The translations under genes and the position numbers were made by a program. The notes beneath the pieces are model-generated. The model was not told the origin of the DNA, did not search any database, and saw nothing but the letters and a program-made list of their open reading frames with translations. Of a stretch of DNA of 64,000 nt, positions 49,231 to 62,202 are shown in pieces (the stretch's first letter is position 1; each line of letters begins with the position of its first letter). The stretch comes from Squalus acanthias (taxonomy: Eukaryota), in assembly GCA_030390025.1 (NCBI GenBank), contig CM059432.1, positions 51,090,001 to 51,154,000 of the forward strand, given 5' to 3'.

Positions 49231-52200
49231 GGGCTGGATTTTGTCAGTGTGGGCGGGTTGGGGCATGTCAGGTGGAAATCGTGTCAGGACTCCTAAGTGA
49301 TGTGTTGAAAAAGTGGGATTTTCCCCAAACTGGGCAATTGATTTTCTGCGTGTGGGAACCCCTGGCCCAATGAGTCTTTTCATACAGAAAGTCGCCTCCG
49401 ATGACGTCATCAATGCTGTTGGATTTAAGGCATGCAAGCAGCCTTGATTCTTCTGGAGACTGGAAACGCTTTGGACATTGTATGAAGGACGTATTTTACC
49501 GACCATGTCCACCAGCAAGCAAAAGTGTGCACCTCGCTTTGATGAGCCCTCCCTCCAGGCTCTGGTGCAGGGAGAAAGATCTAATAAGGAGGTGCTCTTC
49601 CCTTCCTCAGGGAGAAAAAAGCCACCACAACAGACTAAAGCTGTGTGGCTGCAAGTGGCCCAGGAGGTCAATGCCATCTCTATGTGCGGCAGAACCTGGC
49701 TGCAGTGCAGGAAGAGGTTTCATGACCTTCTCCGCACAGGAAAAGTGAGTATGACTTTCCCATCACGCTCAATCTGATCCCCATCGCCTCTCCTCACCAG
49801 CACTCAGATTTGCCAACCTCTTCCTCCACATCCCACTTGACACTGACATCCCTGCACCCTTACCCATTCCCTCTCTCTCTATGGTCACATTCACTTAACT
49901 ATTCGACCATGCAGCCCTCACACTCCCTATCACTGTGACGCAATCACAACAACTTACAACACACAGGGAGGGCCCTTTGTCTCCTTCTAAGCATCTATGC
50001 TATGGATTCTCTACACTCACTCCTTCATTCTCACTCAAACTCCACTTGTGTCCCTCATTGCAGGAAAAGAGAGCCCACAATAAGAGGGAAAGAGCCATGA
50101 CAGGAGGAGGGCCACCCTCAGTAGCCCAGCTCACCACCTCGGAGGAGGTGGCCCTGGAAATTGCCGGGATTGAGGAGGATTCCCAAGTGGGGGATGGAAA
50201 GGCGGGCGCATCACAGCAAGCTGGTGACAGAATAGTTTGGCATCTCTCTCAATGACATTGCATGAGTGACTGATAATGATTCTGATGCTCTAACAGATTG
50301 ACTTATGATCATCTGCACAATTCAATGTGCATACAACCTTTACCTCACATCTCTGACTCTTTCCTTTACTGCCCCACAGGACCATCGAGAGCCCCCGTCC
50401 CCACTGTCCAGGAGGAAGAGCCTGAGCTTCCAGACTCCTCAGAGGAAACTGCAACCTCTGAGGGCGCTCCGTCAGCAGAATTAAGCGCACCCTGCACCAA
50501 CACAGACACTCACACCTCGGTGGGACCTTCGAGACATAGGGTAGAGTTGTCACCTGGTGTATCACAGCTCACAAGTGAGCATCAGTAGATGGTGGAGACA
50601 GGGACAGCAGTGGAGAGTCCTCGTCGCAGTGGAGAGGACGCTCCCAGCTCGGCTCCACTGCATGTCGACCCTGTGCCTCTGGGTCCATCCAGAAGGAGAG
50701 CGGTGCTGGAACTCCAGGAACAGGTGCAGGAGTCTCTGGCAGGTTTTGTCTCCAGGGTCGCTGCGAGTGTGGAGCGAATGGAGGAGTCCATCGCTAACAT
50801 GAGCAGAGTCTTTGTGGAGGCATTGGCGCATGAACGCATCACCACGGAAAGGATGGCAACCTCCTTGGAAAGGATGGCCAACTCCATGGTAAGGCTGGCT
50901 ACCATAGAGGAGAGGATGGCTATGGTAGAGGAGAGGATGGCTACGTCCATGGAGGAGCTTAGTCGCCAGGGTATGGAACACATGGTAATTCTTCAGAATA
51001 GACTAACATCTCTTGAGGAGCGATGGTCAGCTATTGAGCAAACAAACCAGACCTTCATGCAAGTCCTCTGGAGTAGGACTTCCAGTGCAGAAACAGGGTC
51101 CTCATAGCCCCCCTGCAGTGCAGCAAGGTGCTGTCCAGCCACTTGCTAGCTCTGAAGTGGGGCTGACCCATGAGAGGGATGTTGGTGGCATACAACAAGG
51201 AAGTGGGGGCTCCTCTCCAAGCACTCACACGACCATGCCACTGCAGAGCCCTCGATCAGAGCCCCACCAGAGTCCCCACCCAACTGAGATCGGCGTCTTA
51301 ACCCCTGCACAGCCGCAGGAGCAGCAGACTGTTGCTGAGTCCTCACAGTTTCGCAACACCAGAGGATGCCCGCCAAAGGTGTCGAGACAGGAGCAGCAAG
51401 AAAGTGACAAGGGGCCTCCACATCTGCTGAAGCCACAGTGGAAGCACCACGTAGGAGCATGCGTAAGAGGAAGATAATGCACAAGTAGTCACAAGGGTAG
51501 TCACTTGGGTGTAATGTGTTTAATTTTGAAAAGCCATCAGTTGCTTATTGTCATAAAAAATTCTGATGGCAAACTGTTGCAGTTGTGGTGTGTGTCATTT
51601 CCACATTGAGGGCTTAGGGCTACTTGCAATTGTCAATATGGTGGTCAGAGTGATAGGAATCCGTAGGTTCTTGGCCATTGTCGATGGTCTGATAAGAAGA
51701 TCTGAGCAAATCTGGCCAAGATGAGTGCATCCCTTGCATCCCGGGCAGCAATGTGGTCGCGCACTGGCGCCTTCTGGCCTGTGCAGCTTCAGGTGGCTGA
51801 GCAGCAGCTTGGCGTTCCTGTTGTTGCTGCTGCTGTTGGTGGTGCTGTTGTTCATGGTACTGCTGCTGCCACGGCTAGTGTTCATCCGAATCTGATGTCC
51901 AGGAGGAAAGGAAATAAATGGTTCCCATGCTTCTGGTATATGCCTCAGTTGAGGAAGCTGCTCAGTCAAGGTAGCGAGAGGGGTTTCCCAGGAGGTCACA
52001 CTGGAGATGGGTGTCAGGCTCCAAACTTCCACAACAATGGGTATGCCTGCTAAAAGTTCCCCCAGACCTGAGACAACAAAGTTCTGCCACCTGCAAATGA
52101 TGATTGCTGAAAACTCCTTTTTAATGGTGGAGCTGCAGCTGTTAGTAAGCAATCCACTTGTGAGGCCACCAGGATTCACTGGCGTGTTCCAGAGGAGATG

Positions 52201-52459
52201 TGCAGGACGTGGGAAAAGTGGTAAACTCAGAAAGGCCTCTCAAAATGGGATTATCGAGGCACTTAACTGGTTGTTAAGGGCATTAAGGGCCTATCCCGCC
52301 TCTTGGAGGCAGGATGGAAACGGGGTCAGAAAACACACATTTGGGAAAATTGCTCGGAGGCGGGATGGAGGCTGGATCGGGCCCGCCCGCCATTTTTTGG
52401 TGATTTTACCACCTCACACGTCTCCAATCCGCCTCCTCGGGTCTGGCAAAATTGAGCCC
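49231..52459 (+). mobile_element. Harbinger D, same family as C
   Basis: TIRs GGGCTGGATTTT and AAAATTGAGCCC; colinear with C; no TSD (AAA versus TTG). Confidence 0.93.
49505..51488 (+). pseudogene. Harbinger Myb/SANT plus coiled-coil gene, copy D (exons 49505-49744, 50064-50223, 50380-51488)
   Basis: Same exon sizes as C; TAG at 50586; +1 and -1 frameshifts near 51095 and 51406. Confidence 0.88.
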
Positions 52460-52960
52460 TTTGTGTCCAATTCTGGGCACCGCACTTTAGGAAGGATGTG
52501 AAGGCCTTAGAGAGGGTGCAGAAAAGATTTACGAGAATGGTTCCAGGGATGAGGGACTTCAGTTACGTGGATAGACAAGAGAGGCTGGGGTTGTTCTCCT
52601 TCGAGCAGAGAAGGTTGAGAGGAGATTTGATAGACGTGTTCAAAATCAAGAGGGGTCTGGACAGAGTAGAGAGAGAGAAACTGTTCCCATTGGTGGAAGG
52701 GTCGAGAACCAGAGGACACAGATTCAAGCTAATTGGCAAAAGAACCAAAAATGACATGAGGAAAAGTATTTTTACCCAGCGAGTGTTTAGGATCTGGAAT
52801 GCACGGCCTGAAAGGGTGGTGGAGGCAGACTCAATCTTGGCTTTCAAAAGGGAATTCGATAAGTACCTGAAGGAAAAAAATTTGCAGGGCTACGGGGAAA
52901 GGGCCGGGGAGTGAGACTAGCTGAGGTGCTCTTGCAGAGAGCAGGCATGGGTTCGACGAG
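52460..52960 (+). mobile_element. CR1 3' fragment
   Basis: CVQFW...RIWNA..., ending in the 3' UTR without a tail. Confidence 0.9.
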
Positions 52961-53033
52961 CTTAATACTCCAGTTGAGGCCAAACGAGTGTTTTATAAAG
53001 GTTCATCATAACTTCTTTGCTTTTGTACTCTAT

Positions 53034-53867
53034 GGGCTGGATTTTGTCAATGGGGACGTGATGGAGGCGGGACTCCTACTTTTTGGGTTGTAGTCCCGCC
53101 TCCATCGACTTGTGGCCAACCCACTGTATTTTCCCTTGATTGACCTTGTTAAGCCCGCCCAGCGGGCTTAGCAGGCCAATCAAGGGTCCCTTGACGTCAG
53201 CCATTGAAATTTTGTCTGTCAAGAGCTTTTGACAGATGAAATTTCAGCGTTTGACAGCTCTGTGAAGCTGTCAAACACTGACAATATAATTTCTAACGTG
53301 AGTCCCTGTACTTAGACTCAGTTAGAAATCAATCCAGCACAGAAAGCAGAGACTGCAGCTTTTGACAGCTCCGCGGCCATTCTGCTTTCTGTGCCGTGGA
53401 TGTGAGGGACTCCCGACACCTTAAGGAAGCTAGCCTGCAGGACAAAGTTAAGGTAAGTAAAAGTTCTTAAAACACTTTACACACACCAAACACACTTACC
53501 TCTGCACTCATGCACCCATCACTCACCTGCACACCGGACATCTCGACCCCTCCAAGCCCTCCAGACCGACGGTCCGCCTCGCTAAATCGGCATGGTTCGG
53601 AGCTGTCGGGAAGCCCTCACTTCAGGGCTAAAAATAGGGATTAGGCAAAAAACTGCCTGTTAACTACCTGTTAACAGGCAGTTTATTGGCACTAATCCCC
53701 TTCCCGCCTCGGGGAGGCGGGTCCCAACACAGGTCGGGTACCCGCCTCCTGTGAAACTGGCATGGAGGCGGGTTGGGGGCGGGATGGGTTCGGGATCCCT
53801 GAATCTGCTATTTTCACACCACTCCTGCCTCCAAACCCGCCTCCACGGGCCGGTGAAAATTGAGTCC
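53034..53867. mobile_element. Harbinger-derived MITE (GGGCTGGATTTT family)
   Basis: TAT TSD; right half matches 7306-7728. Confidence 0.9.
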
Positions 53868-54016
53868 TATGCCTCTATTTATGAAGCCCAGGATTCCGTA
53901 TGCTTTTTTAACCGCTTTCTCAACCTGCCCTGGCACCTTTAGCAATTTGTGCACATATACCCCCAGGTCTCTCTGTTCATGCACCCCCTTTAGGATTGTA
54001 ACCTTTAGTTTATATT

Positions 54017-54732
54017 GGGCCAGAAATTCGGGTCGGAGGCTTCCCGCGGGTGCAAGCCCCCAACCTGCACTTACCTAGCGCGCCTGCTGTTGTGCTCTGG
54101 GCCCGCGTGGAATTCCGATCCTGGGCCTCCTCCAGCTGCTGGTGTGCAGTGCTTGCATATCCCAGGGGCGCAGTTAGTTCGAAGTGTCCCCTGGGATCAC
54201 GTGGGCCATGGAGAGCCAATCGGAGCAGGGAATCTCCATTCATAGATTTGACAGGAAGACCTGTCAAATCTATGAATAGAGATTGGCCCCAAAACCTCAC
54301 TAAAACTTCAAATAATTTTTTTTTTAAATCACATTTTTAAAATAACTATAAATTACACAAAATAACTATTTTAAACAATAATTTTAAATTTTGAAAAAAT
54401 TAATTACAGTTTTTAACGGGGCTAAAAATAAACTTACCTTTCTTTAAAGTATTTAAAAATAATAAACCTGTGGAAAAAATGTTTTAATTTTAGTTAATTC
54501 ACCACTTACCTTGTTAAAAGCAGGCCTTGCGCCTGCTTTTTCCCCGCGCAGCTGCTGGGGACTTACCCTCACACAGAAACCTGAAAAAAATACGGAAGTC
54601 CGATGCGTGCGCGCTGCCTCTCCGCTGTCCCCCTTCCTTCAAGGGAACGGAAGTTCCGGTTTCCAGCGCATGCTGGGTCTACGGGTGAGTACACAGCGCG
54701 TACTCACCCGTGGAGACCCAAATTTCTGGCCC
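54017..54732 (-). mobile_element. MITE, GGGCCAGAAATT family, copy 3 (opposite orientation)
   Basis: Perfect TIR; ATT TSD; reverse complement of 30427-31190. Confidence 0.93.
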
Positions 54733-57700
54733 ATTGCCTTTCCTCGTTCTTCCTACCGAAATGTATCACTTCGCAATTTTCTGTGTTAAATTTCATCTGC
54801 CAGGTGTCCGCCCATTTCACCAGCCTGTCTATGTCTTCTTGAAGCCTATCACTATCCTCCTCACTGTTCACTATACTTCCAAGTTTTGTGTCATCTGCAA
54901 ATTTTGAAATTGTGCCCTGTACTCCCAAGTCCAAGTCATTAATATATATCAAGAAAAGCAGTGGTCCTAGAACTGACCCCTGGGGAACACCACTGTATAC
55001 CTTCCTCCAGTCCGAAAAACAACCGTTCACTACACTCTGTTTCCTGTCACTTAGCCAATTTCGTATCCAGGTCCCTTTAATTCCATGGGCTTCAACTTTG
55101 CTGGCAAGCCTATTATGTGGAACTTTATCAAATGCCTTTTGGATGTCCATATACACCACGTCAAGGCATTGTCCTCATCAACCCTCTCTGTTATCTCATC
55201 AAAAAACTTGATCAAGTTAGTTAAACACCATTTGCCTTGAACAAATCCAAGCAGGCTTTCCTTAATTAATGCACACTTGTCCAAGTGACTGTTAATTTTG
55301 TCCCTGATTATGGTTTCCAAAAGCTTCCCCACTACCGAGGTTAAACTGACTGGCCTGTAGTTGCTGGGTTTATGCTTACACCCTTTTTTGAACAAGGGTG
55401 TAACATTTGCAATTCTCCAGTCCTCTGGCACCACCCCCGTATCCAAGAAGGAATGGAAGATTATGGCGAGTACCTCCGCGAATTCCTCCTTAACCTCCCT
55501 CAGCATCCTAGGATGCATCCCATCCGGTCCTGGTTCAGACAGCCTTTCTAGTACCTCCTCTTTATCAATTCTTATCTCATCCAGTATCTCCACTACCTCC
55601 TCTTTCACTATGACTTTGGCAGCATCTTCCTTCTTGGTGACGACAGATGCAAAGCACCTCAGTCATACCCTCCATGCGTAGGTCTCCTTTATGGTCCCTA
55701 ATCGCCCCACCCCTCCTCTTACTACCCATTTATTATTTATATGCCTATAGAAGACTTTTGAATTCCCTTTTATGTTAGCTGCCAATCTATTCTCAAACCC
55801 TCTTTGCCCCTCTTATTTTCTTTTTCACTTCCCCTCTGAACTTTTTATATTCAGCCTGATTCTCACTTGTATTCTCAACCTGACATCTGTCATAGGTGCT
55901 CTTTTGCTGCTTTATCTTACTCTCTATCTCTTTCATCATCCAGGGAGCTCTGGCTTTGGTTGCCCTACCTTTCCCCCTTGTGGGAATGTACCTCACTGTA
56001 CCCGAACCATCTCCCCTTTAAAGGCAGCCCATTATTCGATTACAGTTTTGCCTGTCAATCTTTGATTCCAATTTACCGGGGCCAGATCCATTCTCAATCC
56101 ACTTAAATTTGCCTTCCTCCAATTAAATATCATAGAATCATAGAATCATAGAAGATAGGAGCAGGAGTAGGCCATTCGGCCCCTCTAGCCTGCTCCTACC
56201 ATTCAATGCGATCATGGCTGATCATCCAAATTCAGTACCCTGTCCCTGCTTTCTCCCCATATCCCTTGATCCCTTTAGCCTTAAGAAATATATCCAACTC
56301 CTTCTTGAATCTATTTAATGAATTGGCCTCTACTGCCTTCTGTGGCAGAGAATTCCACAGGTTCACCACTCTCTAGGTGAAGAAATTCCTCCTCATTTCT
56401 GTCCTAAATGGCTTACCCCTTATCCTTAGACTGTGACCCCTGGTTCTGGACTCCCCGACCATCGGGAACATCCTTCCTGCATCTAGTTTGTAAAAATATT
56501 TTTACTCTAGATTGCTCCCTGTCCTTTTCTATAGCTAGTCTAAACCTTATAATACTATGATCACTGTTCACTAAATGTTCCCCTACTGACACTTGCCCTA
56601 TTTGTCCCACCTCATTCCCCAGAACCAGATCCAACAATGCCTCCTTCCTCGTTGGGCTGGAAACGTACTGATCAAGAAAGTTCTCCTGAACACACTTCAG
56701 AAATTCTTCCATCTCTGCCCTTTACACTATTACTATCCCAGTCTATATTAGGAGAATTGAAGTCCCCCATTATTACTACTCTATAGTTCTTGCACCTCCC
56801 TGTAATATCCCTGCAAATTTGCTCCTCTATATCCTTCCCACTACTTGGTGGCCTATAGAATACACCTTGTAGTGTGATGGCACCTCTATTATTTCTTAAC
56901 TCTAACCAAATAGATTCTGTCCTTGACCCCTCCAGGACATCCTCTCTCTCCAGCACTGTAACATTCTCCTTAACCAATACTGCCACCCCACCTCCTTTCT
57001 TTCCTTCCCTATCTCTCCTGAACATCTTATATCCAGGAATATTTAAAACCCAATCCTGGCCTCTTTTGAGCCAGGTCTCCATTATCACCAAGACATCATA
57101 TTCCCATATGACTATTTGCGCCTGCAGCTCACCAACCTTATTTACCACGCATTGTGCATTTACACACATGCACTGTAAACCAGTCTTAGACCTTCTTGTA
57201 TTCTCTCTTAGTCTGACCCCCACTTAATACCTTACTATTTCTTACTCTAGTGCTATCTGTCTCCCCCCATCCTTTATGCACTTTGTTTCTCCTTTCTAAT
57301 GCTACATCCTGGTGCCCATCCCCCTGCCAAATTAGTTTAAACCCTCATATGTTATCCTCCATCTGGCATGCACCTCTTGGTTTCCCGCCCTTCCCTCACC
57401 ACAACTCCACCCTTGTGCCTTCCTCATTTCACACACCCAAGAAATGCAGCCTGCCCAGCCAGTGGTTGGCCAAGAAGAGGGAGAGGAGACTGAAGAAAAA
57501 GAAGAAGAAGAAAAACTCCGTCACTCAATGTCACACTCCCGGCCACCAGCTCCTCAAGGCCATTTGCAGTGTCCCCCACTGAAAGTCAGCAGCCTTCCAT
57601 CAGCCATGCTGCAGCCACTGAGGTAGCACTGCGTGATATCACTAGGGTAGGCAAATCACACACAAGACAGTCACAAAGGGAATGCATAAGGGTGGTGAGT

Positions 57701-57983
57701 TGATTTCTTGATGTCATATTGGATGGATCAATGTATTAAAGTTGGATTGGAAAGTTTGTTTGTGGTGGCTTTTATTTCAGCATTGTGGCCAAGAGGCTGC
57801 TGTGATGGTCAGTAACAGAGGGAAGGTAAGGTTTAGACTAATATTAAAAGGGGAAAGGGGGTTGTGGTCACTGGGACTGCAGGCGGATGATTCCATCCCA
57901 GATGTCCTGGCCAGAAAGGGGCTGTCTGGATTGCATCCTTCCTTCTGCTTCCTCCTCTTATGCTTCATCCTCTTTGGCTTCTT

Positions 57984-60489
57984 TAGAATCATAGAATCAT
58001 AGAATGGTTACAGCACAGAAGAAAGCCATTCGACCCGTCGAGCCTGTGCCGGCTCTCTGCAAGAGCACCTCAGCTAGACTCACTCCCCCGTCCTTTCCCT
58101 GTATTCGTGCAAAAAAAATTCCTTCAGGTACTTATCCAACTCCCATTTGAAAGCCGTGATTGAGTCTGCCTCCACCACCCTTTCAGGCATTGCATTCCAG
58201 ATCCTACCCACTCGCTGAGTAAAATAGTTTTTCCTCATGTCGCCTTTGGTTGTTCTGTCAATTATCTTAAATCTGTGTCCTCTGGTTCTCGACCCTTTTG
58301 CCAATGGGAACAGTTTCTCTCTATCTACTCTGTCCAGACCCCTCATCATTTTGAACACCTCTATCAAATCTCCTCTCAATCTTCTCTGCTCTAAGGAGAA
58401 CAACCCCAGGTTCTCTAGTCTATCCACGTAACTGAAGTCCCTCATCCCTGGAATCATTCTTAGAAATCTTTTCTGCACTCTCTCTAAGGCCTTCACATCC
58501 TTCCTAAAGTGCGGTGCCCAGTTGACACAATACTTCAGTTGAGGCCGAACCAATGTTTTATACAGGTTCATCAAAATTTCCATGCTTTTGTACTCTATAC
58601 CTCTATTCATGAAGCCCAGGATCCCGCAAGCTTTTTTAACTGCTTTTTCAACCTGCCATGCCACCTTCAACGATTTGTGCAGATGTACCCCCAGGTCTCT
58701 CTGTTCATGCACCCCCTTCAGGATTGTACCCTTTAGTTTATATTTCCTCTTTTCATTCTTTCTACCAAAATATATCACTTTGCACCTCTGCGTTAAATTT
58801 CATTTGCCACGTGTCCGCCCATTCCACCAGCCTGTCTAAGTCCTCTTGAAGTCTATCACTATCCTCCTCACTGTTCACTATACTTCTAAGTTTTGTGTCA
58901 TCTGCAAATTTTGAAATTGTGCCCTGTACACCCACATCCAAGTCATTAATATATATCAAGAAAAGCCGTGGTCCTAGAACCGACCCCTGGAGAACACCAC
59001 TGTATACCTTCCTCCAGTCCGAAAACAACTGTTCACCACTACTCTCCGTTTCCTGTCACTTAGCCAATTTCGTATCCATGGGCTTCAACTTTGCTGGCAC
59101 TTTGTCGAACACCTTTTGGAAATCCATGTACGCCACATCAACTGCATTGCCCTCATCAACCCTCTCTGTTACCTCATCAAAAAACTCGATCAAGTTGGTT
59201 AAGCACGATTTGCCTTTAACAAATCCATGCTGGCTTTCCTTAATTAATCCACACTTGTCCAAGTGACTGTTAATTTTGTCCCTGATTATTGTTTCTAAAA
59301 GCTTCCCCACTACCAAGGCAAACTGACTGGCCTGTAGTTGCTGGGTTTATCTTTACACCCTTTTTTGAACAAGGGTGTAACATTTGCAATTCTCCAGTCC
59401 TCTGGCACCACCACCATTTCTAAGGAGGATCGAAAGTTTATGGCCAGTACCTCCGTGATTTCTTCCTTCACTTCCCTCAGCATCCTAGGAAGTATTCCAT
59501 CTGGTCCTGCTGACTTATCTACTTTAAGTACAGCCAGCCTTTCTAGTACCTTCTCTTTATCAATTTTTATCCCATCCAGTATCTCCTCTACCTCCTCCTT
59601 CACTATGTCTATGGCAGCATCTTCTTCCTTGGTGAAGACAGATGCAAAGTACTCATTTAGCACCTCAGCCATACCCTCTGCCTCATGCGTAGATCTCCTT
59701 TTTGTACCTTAATTGGCCTCACCCTTCCTCTTACTACCCGTTTACTATTTATATGCCTATAGAAGACTTTTGGATTACCTTTTATGTTAGCTGCCATTCT
59801 ATTCTCATACCCTCTCTTTGCCCCTCTTATTTTCTTTTTCACTTTTCCTCTGAACTTTCTTTATTTAGCCTGAATCTCAGATGTATTCTCGACCTGACAT
59901 CTGTCATACGTGCTATTTTTCTGCTTCATCTTACTCTCTATCTCTTTTATTATCCAGGGAGCTTTGACTTTAGTTGCCCTACCTTTCCCCCTAGTAGGAA
60001 TGTACCTCGTCTGCACCCAAACTATTTCCTCTGTAAAGGCAGCCCATTGTTTGATTACAGTTTTGCCTGCCAATCTTTGATTCCAATTTACCCAGGCCAG
60101 ATCTGTTCTCAACCCACTGAAATTTGCCTTCCTCAATTAAATATTTTTACTCCAGATTGCTCCCTGTCCTTTTCTATAGCTAGTCTAAACCTTATGATAC
60201 CATGATCACTGTTCACTAAATGTTCCCCTACTGACACTTGCTCCACTTGACCTACCTCATTCCCAAGAACCAGATCCAGCAATGCCTCCTTCCTCATTGG
60301 GCTGGAAACATACTGATCAAGTGAGTTCTCTTTAACACACTTCAGAAATTATTCCCCCTTTCTTCCCTTTACACTATTACTATCCCACTCTATATTAGGA
60401 TAGTTGAAGTCCCCCATTATCACTATATACTTCTTGCACCTATCTGTAATTTCTCTGCATATTTGCTCCTCCATATTTTTCCCACTTTG
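57984..60489 (-). mobile_element. CR1 LINE, 5'-truncated
   Basis: 13-bp TSD TCTTTGGCTTCTT (57971-57983 and 60490-60502); (TAGAATCA)n tail; RT ORFs. Confidence 0.95.
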
Positions 60490-60532
60490 TCTTTGGCTTC
60501 TTCCTCTTCTGATTCTTCCTCTTTCCTCTGCG

Positions 60533-60665
60533 AGCAGATGCTGTGAATCTGAAATGACAGCATAAAATGCTGGAAGTACTCAGTAGGTCAGGCAGCATCT
60601 TGACCTGAGACGTGAACTCTGTTTCTCTCTCCATGGATATTGCCTGACCTGCTGAGCATTTTCTG
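60533..60665. mobile_element. Inverted pair of Penelope pLTR fragments
   Basis: CTCAGTAGGTCAGGCA ... TGCCTGACCTGCTGAG fold-back; homologous to 1412-1542. Confidence 0.75.
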
Positions 60666-61309
60666 TCTGCTCAGAGGCCTTCCTTCACCATCCGAGGCCT
60701 TGCAAACGTTCAGCAGCAAGCCACTACTTCAATAAAAAATTTTTTAAAACAGTCCAATAGCTTAAATGCAAACTTACCTGAAAGATGTGTGTGTCCCTTT
60801 AAGAGGTGCTGACAGTGCCTCTGTCAGTCTGCTTGCACGCTGGGTTTACCTTGAGTGCTTAGGACCTGGCGCTGAACTCAGTGCTAGGGTCAAAGTTCGC
60901 CATGGTGACGTTAAGTTGGCAGGTAGGCAATTTCTCCCCTTTTATTTTTTCATGAGAATATTGATTTAAACTTTATAGGGCCCAAATGTGTTTGAAAGAT
61001 GAGCTAGATGGGCCAAATGGCCTCCCTTAACTGTATTTATCTTTGTGAAATGGTGAGGCTCCACTTCCAGTGTAGAGCTTAGCTGGACATGAACACAAGA
61101 TGGAGAACTGGGGCTACACTTTTGTAGCCTTACCTCTGATTCATGCTTGGAAATTCTGCCCTTATATACTTGCTAAACAGCTGTATCACCCACAAAATGT
61201 CTTAAGTTCTTAACCTGTGTTAAAGGCATCGTCTTGGAGATGCTTTGTAACTGGTTCTCCTTTTCTCTTCCAAAAGGTTCTTCCCAAGATTCAGGCCAAG
61301 GACAACGTG

Positions 61310-62190
61310 GCCCCCACAGGCTCTCACACAGCATAGCAATTTGTATCAAGCAATTCTACTGCAACCAATACTAGCTCAGCTACTAGCACCCACATAAAGC
61401 AATTAGTGAGGCTGAAGAAGGAGCAATGAGTGAAGCACTACTCACAGATGAGGAAGAGCAAGTGAAGGGAATACGAAATGAATGTAAGAAATTGGAGCAG
61501 GCTTCCAGTCCACGCCATGCCCTCACACCACGAGCAAGGGATTGGTATCGTACTGGGCCTGATGACAGAGGACAATTGGTGCAAGAGCACAAGGCATTAG
61601 CTTTAACCTTGTTGTCTGCCATGAACAGGACGGAGCACTTGCCTGCGACTGTAGCAGAACACCTTGGATGTTACTGCAGCGCTATGGGAGGACTTTGTTG
61701 CAATTTATTGTATTGCAGAGAGTGGCTTCTTCACGGGATTACTAAAGCAGTGCGGGATCAAACACAGAATAGTATTCTCTCACGAGTGCTGTAATTACTG
61801 CCATTGAGACCTTGGGCTCTCAATTAGTTACAGGAGTCTGTCTCTGCTGGATGGGACAATTTGGAGATCTATTGGAGACAGCAGTAATGGTGGTCTTCAT
61901 CCACATAGATGTCCTTCAGACTGTTCTCAGGCAGCCCACTGAAAGGTCTGATGATGTGGCTTCTTCTCAAGGTGGCAACACATCTATTGTAGCTAGGTCC
62001 ACCAAAAATGAACAAATGCCTGAGAATGGGCAGGCACTGGTAAACACTGCATTGTTGCAGGGCCACCTTGTACGCTGTACCCAGATGATCATGGCCCAAT
62101 CATCCAGGGGGCTAGCAGCACATCACCTCCTCCTGCCACAACAGTTGCTTCTCCAATTGGAAAACACATTTTTACAGTTTAGAGATGCAA
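61310..62190 (+). mobile_element. Highly decayed Harbinger Myb-like remnant
   Basis: ALLTDEEE resembles exon 2 (LTSAEEAA); weak evidence. Confidence 0.3.
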
Positions 62191-62202
62191 ATTAGAGCTA
62201 GT

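Larger units (their letters stand above)
52961..57345 (-). mobile_element. CR1 ORF2 (endonuclease to RPQLEY) with two MITEs and a nested CR1 3' fragment (~56129-56490)
   Basis: ORFs 56672-57223, 55051-55608 and 54704-55159. Confidence 0.92.
57346..60930 (+). mobile_element. Degenerate Harbinger remnant (Myb 3' end and nuclease stub) split by a CR1
   Basis: Similarity to the Myb tails at 57540-57700; sequence rejoins across the TCTTTGGCTTCTT duplication. Confidence 0.5.

Noticed and set aside
4097..51488. Calling the Myb and nuclease ORFs host NAIF1, MSANTD or HARBI1 genes
   Set aside because: They are multicopy, TIR/TSD-bounded and disrupted, so they are transposon genes.
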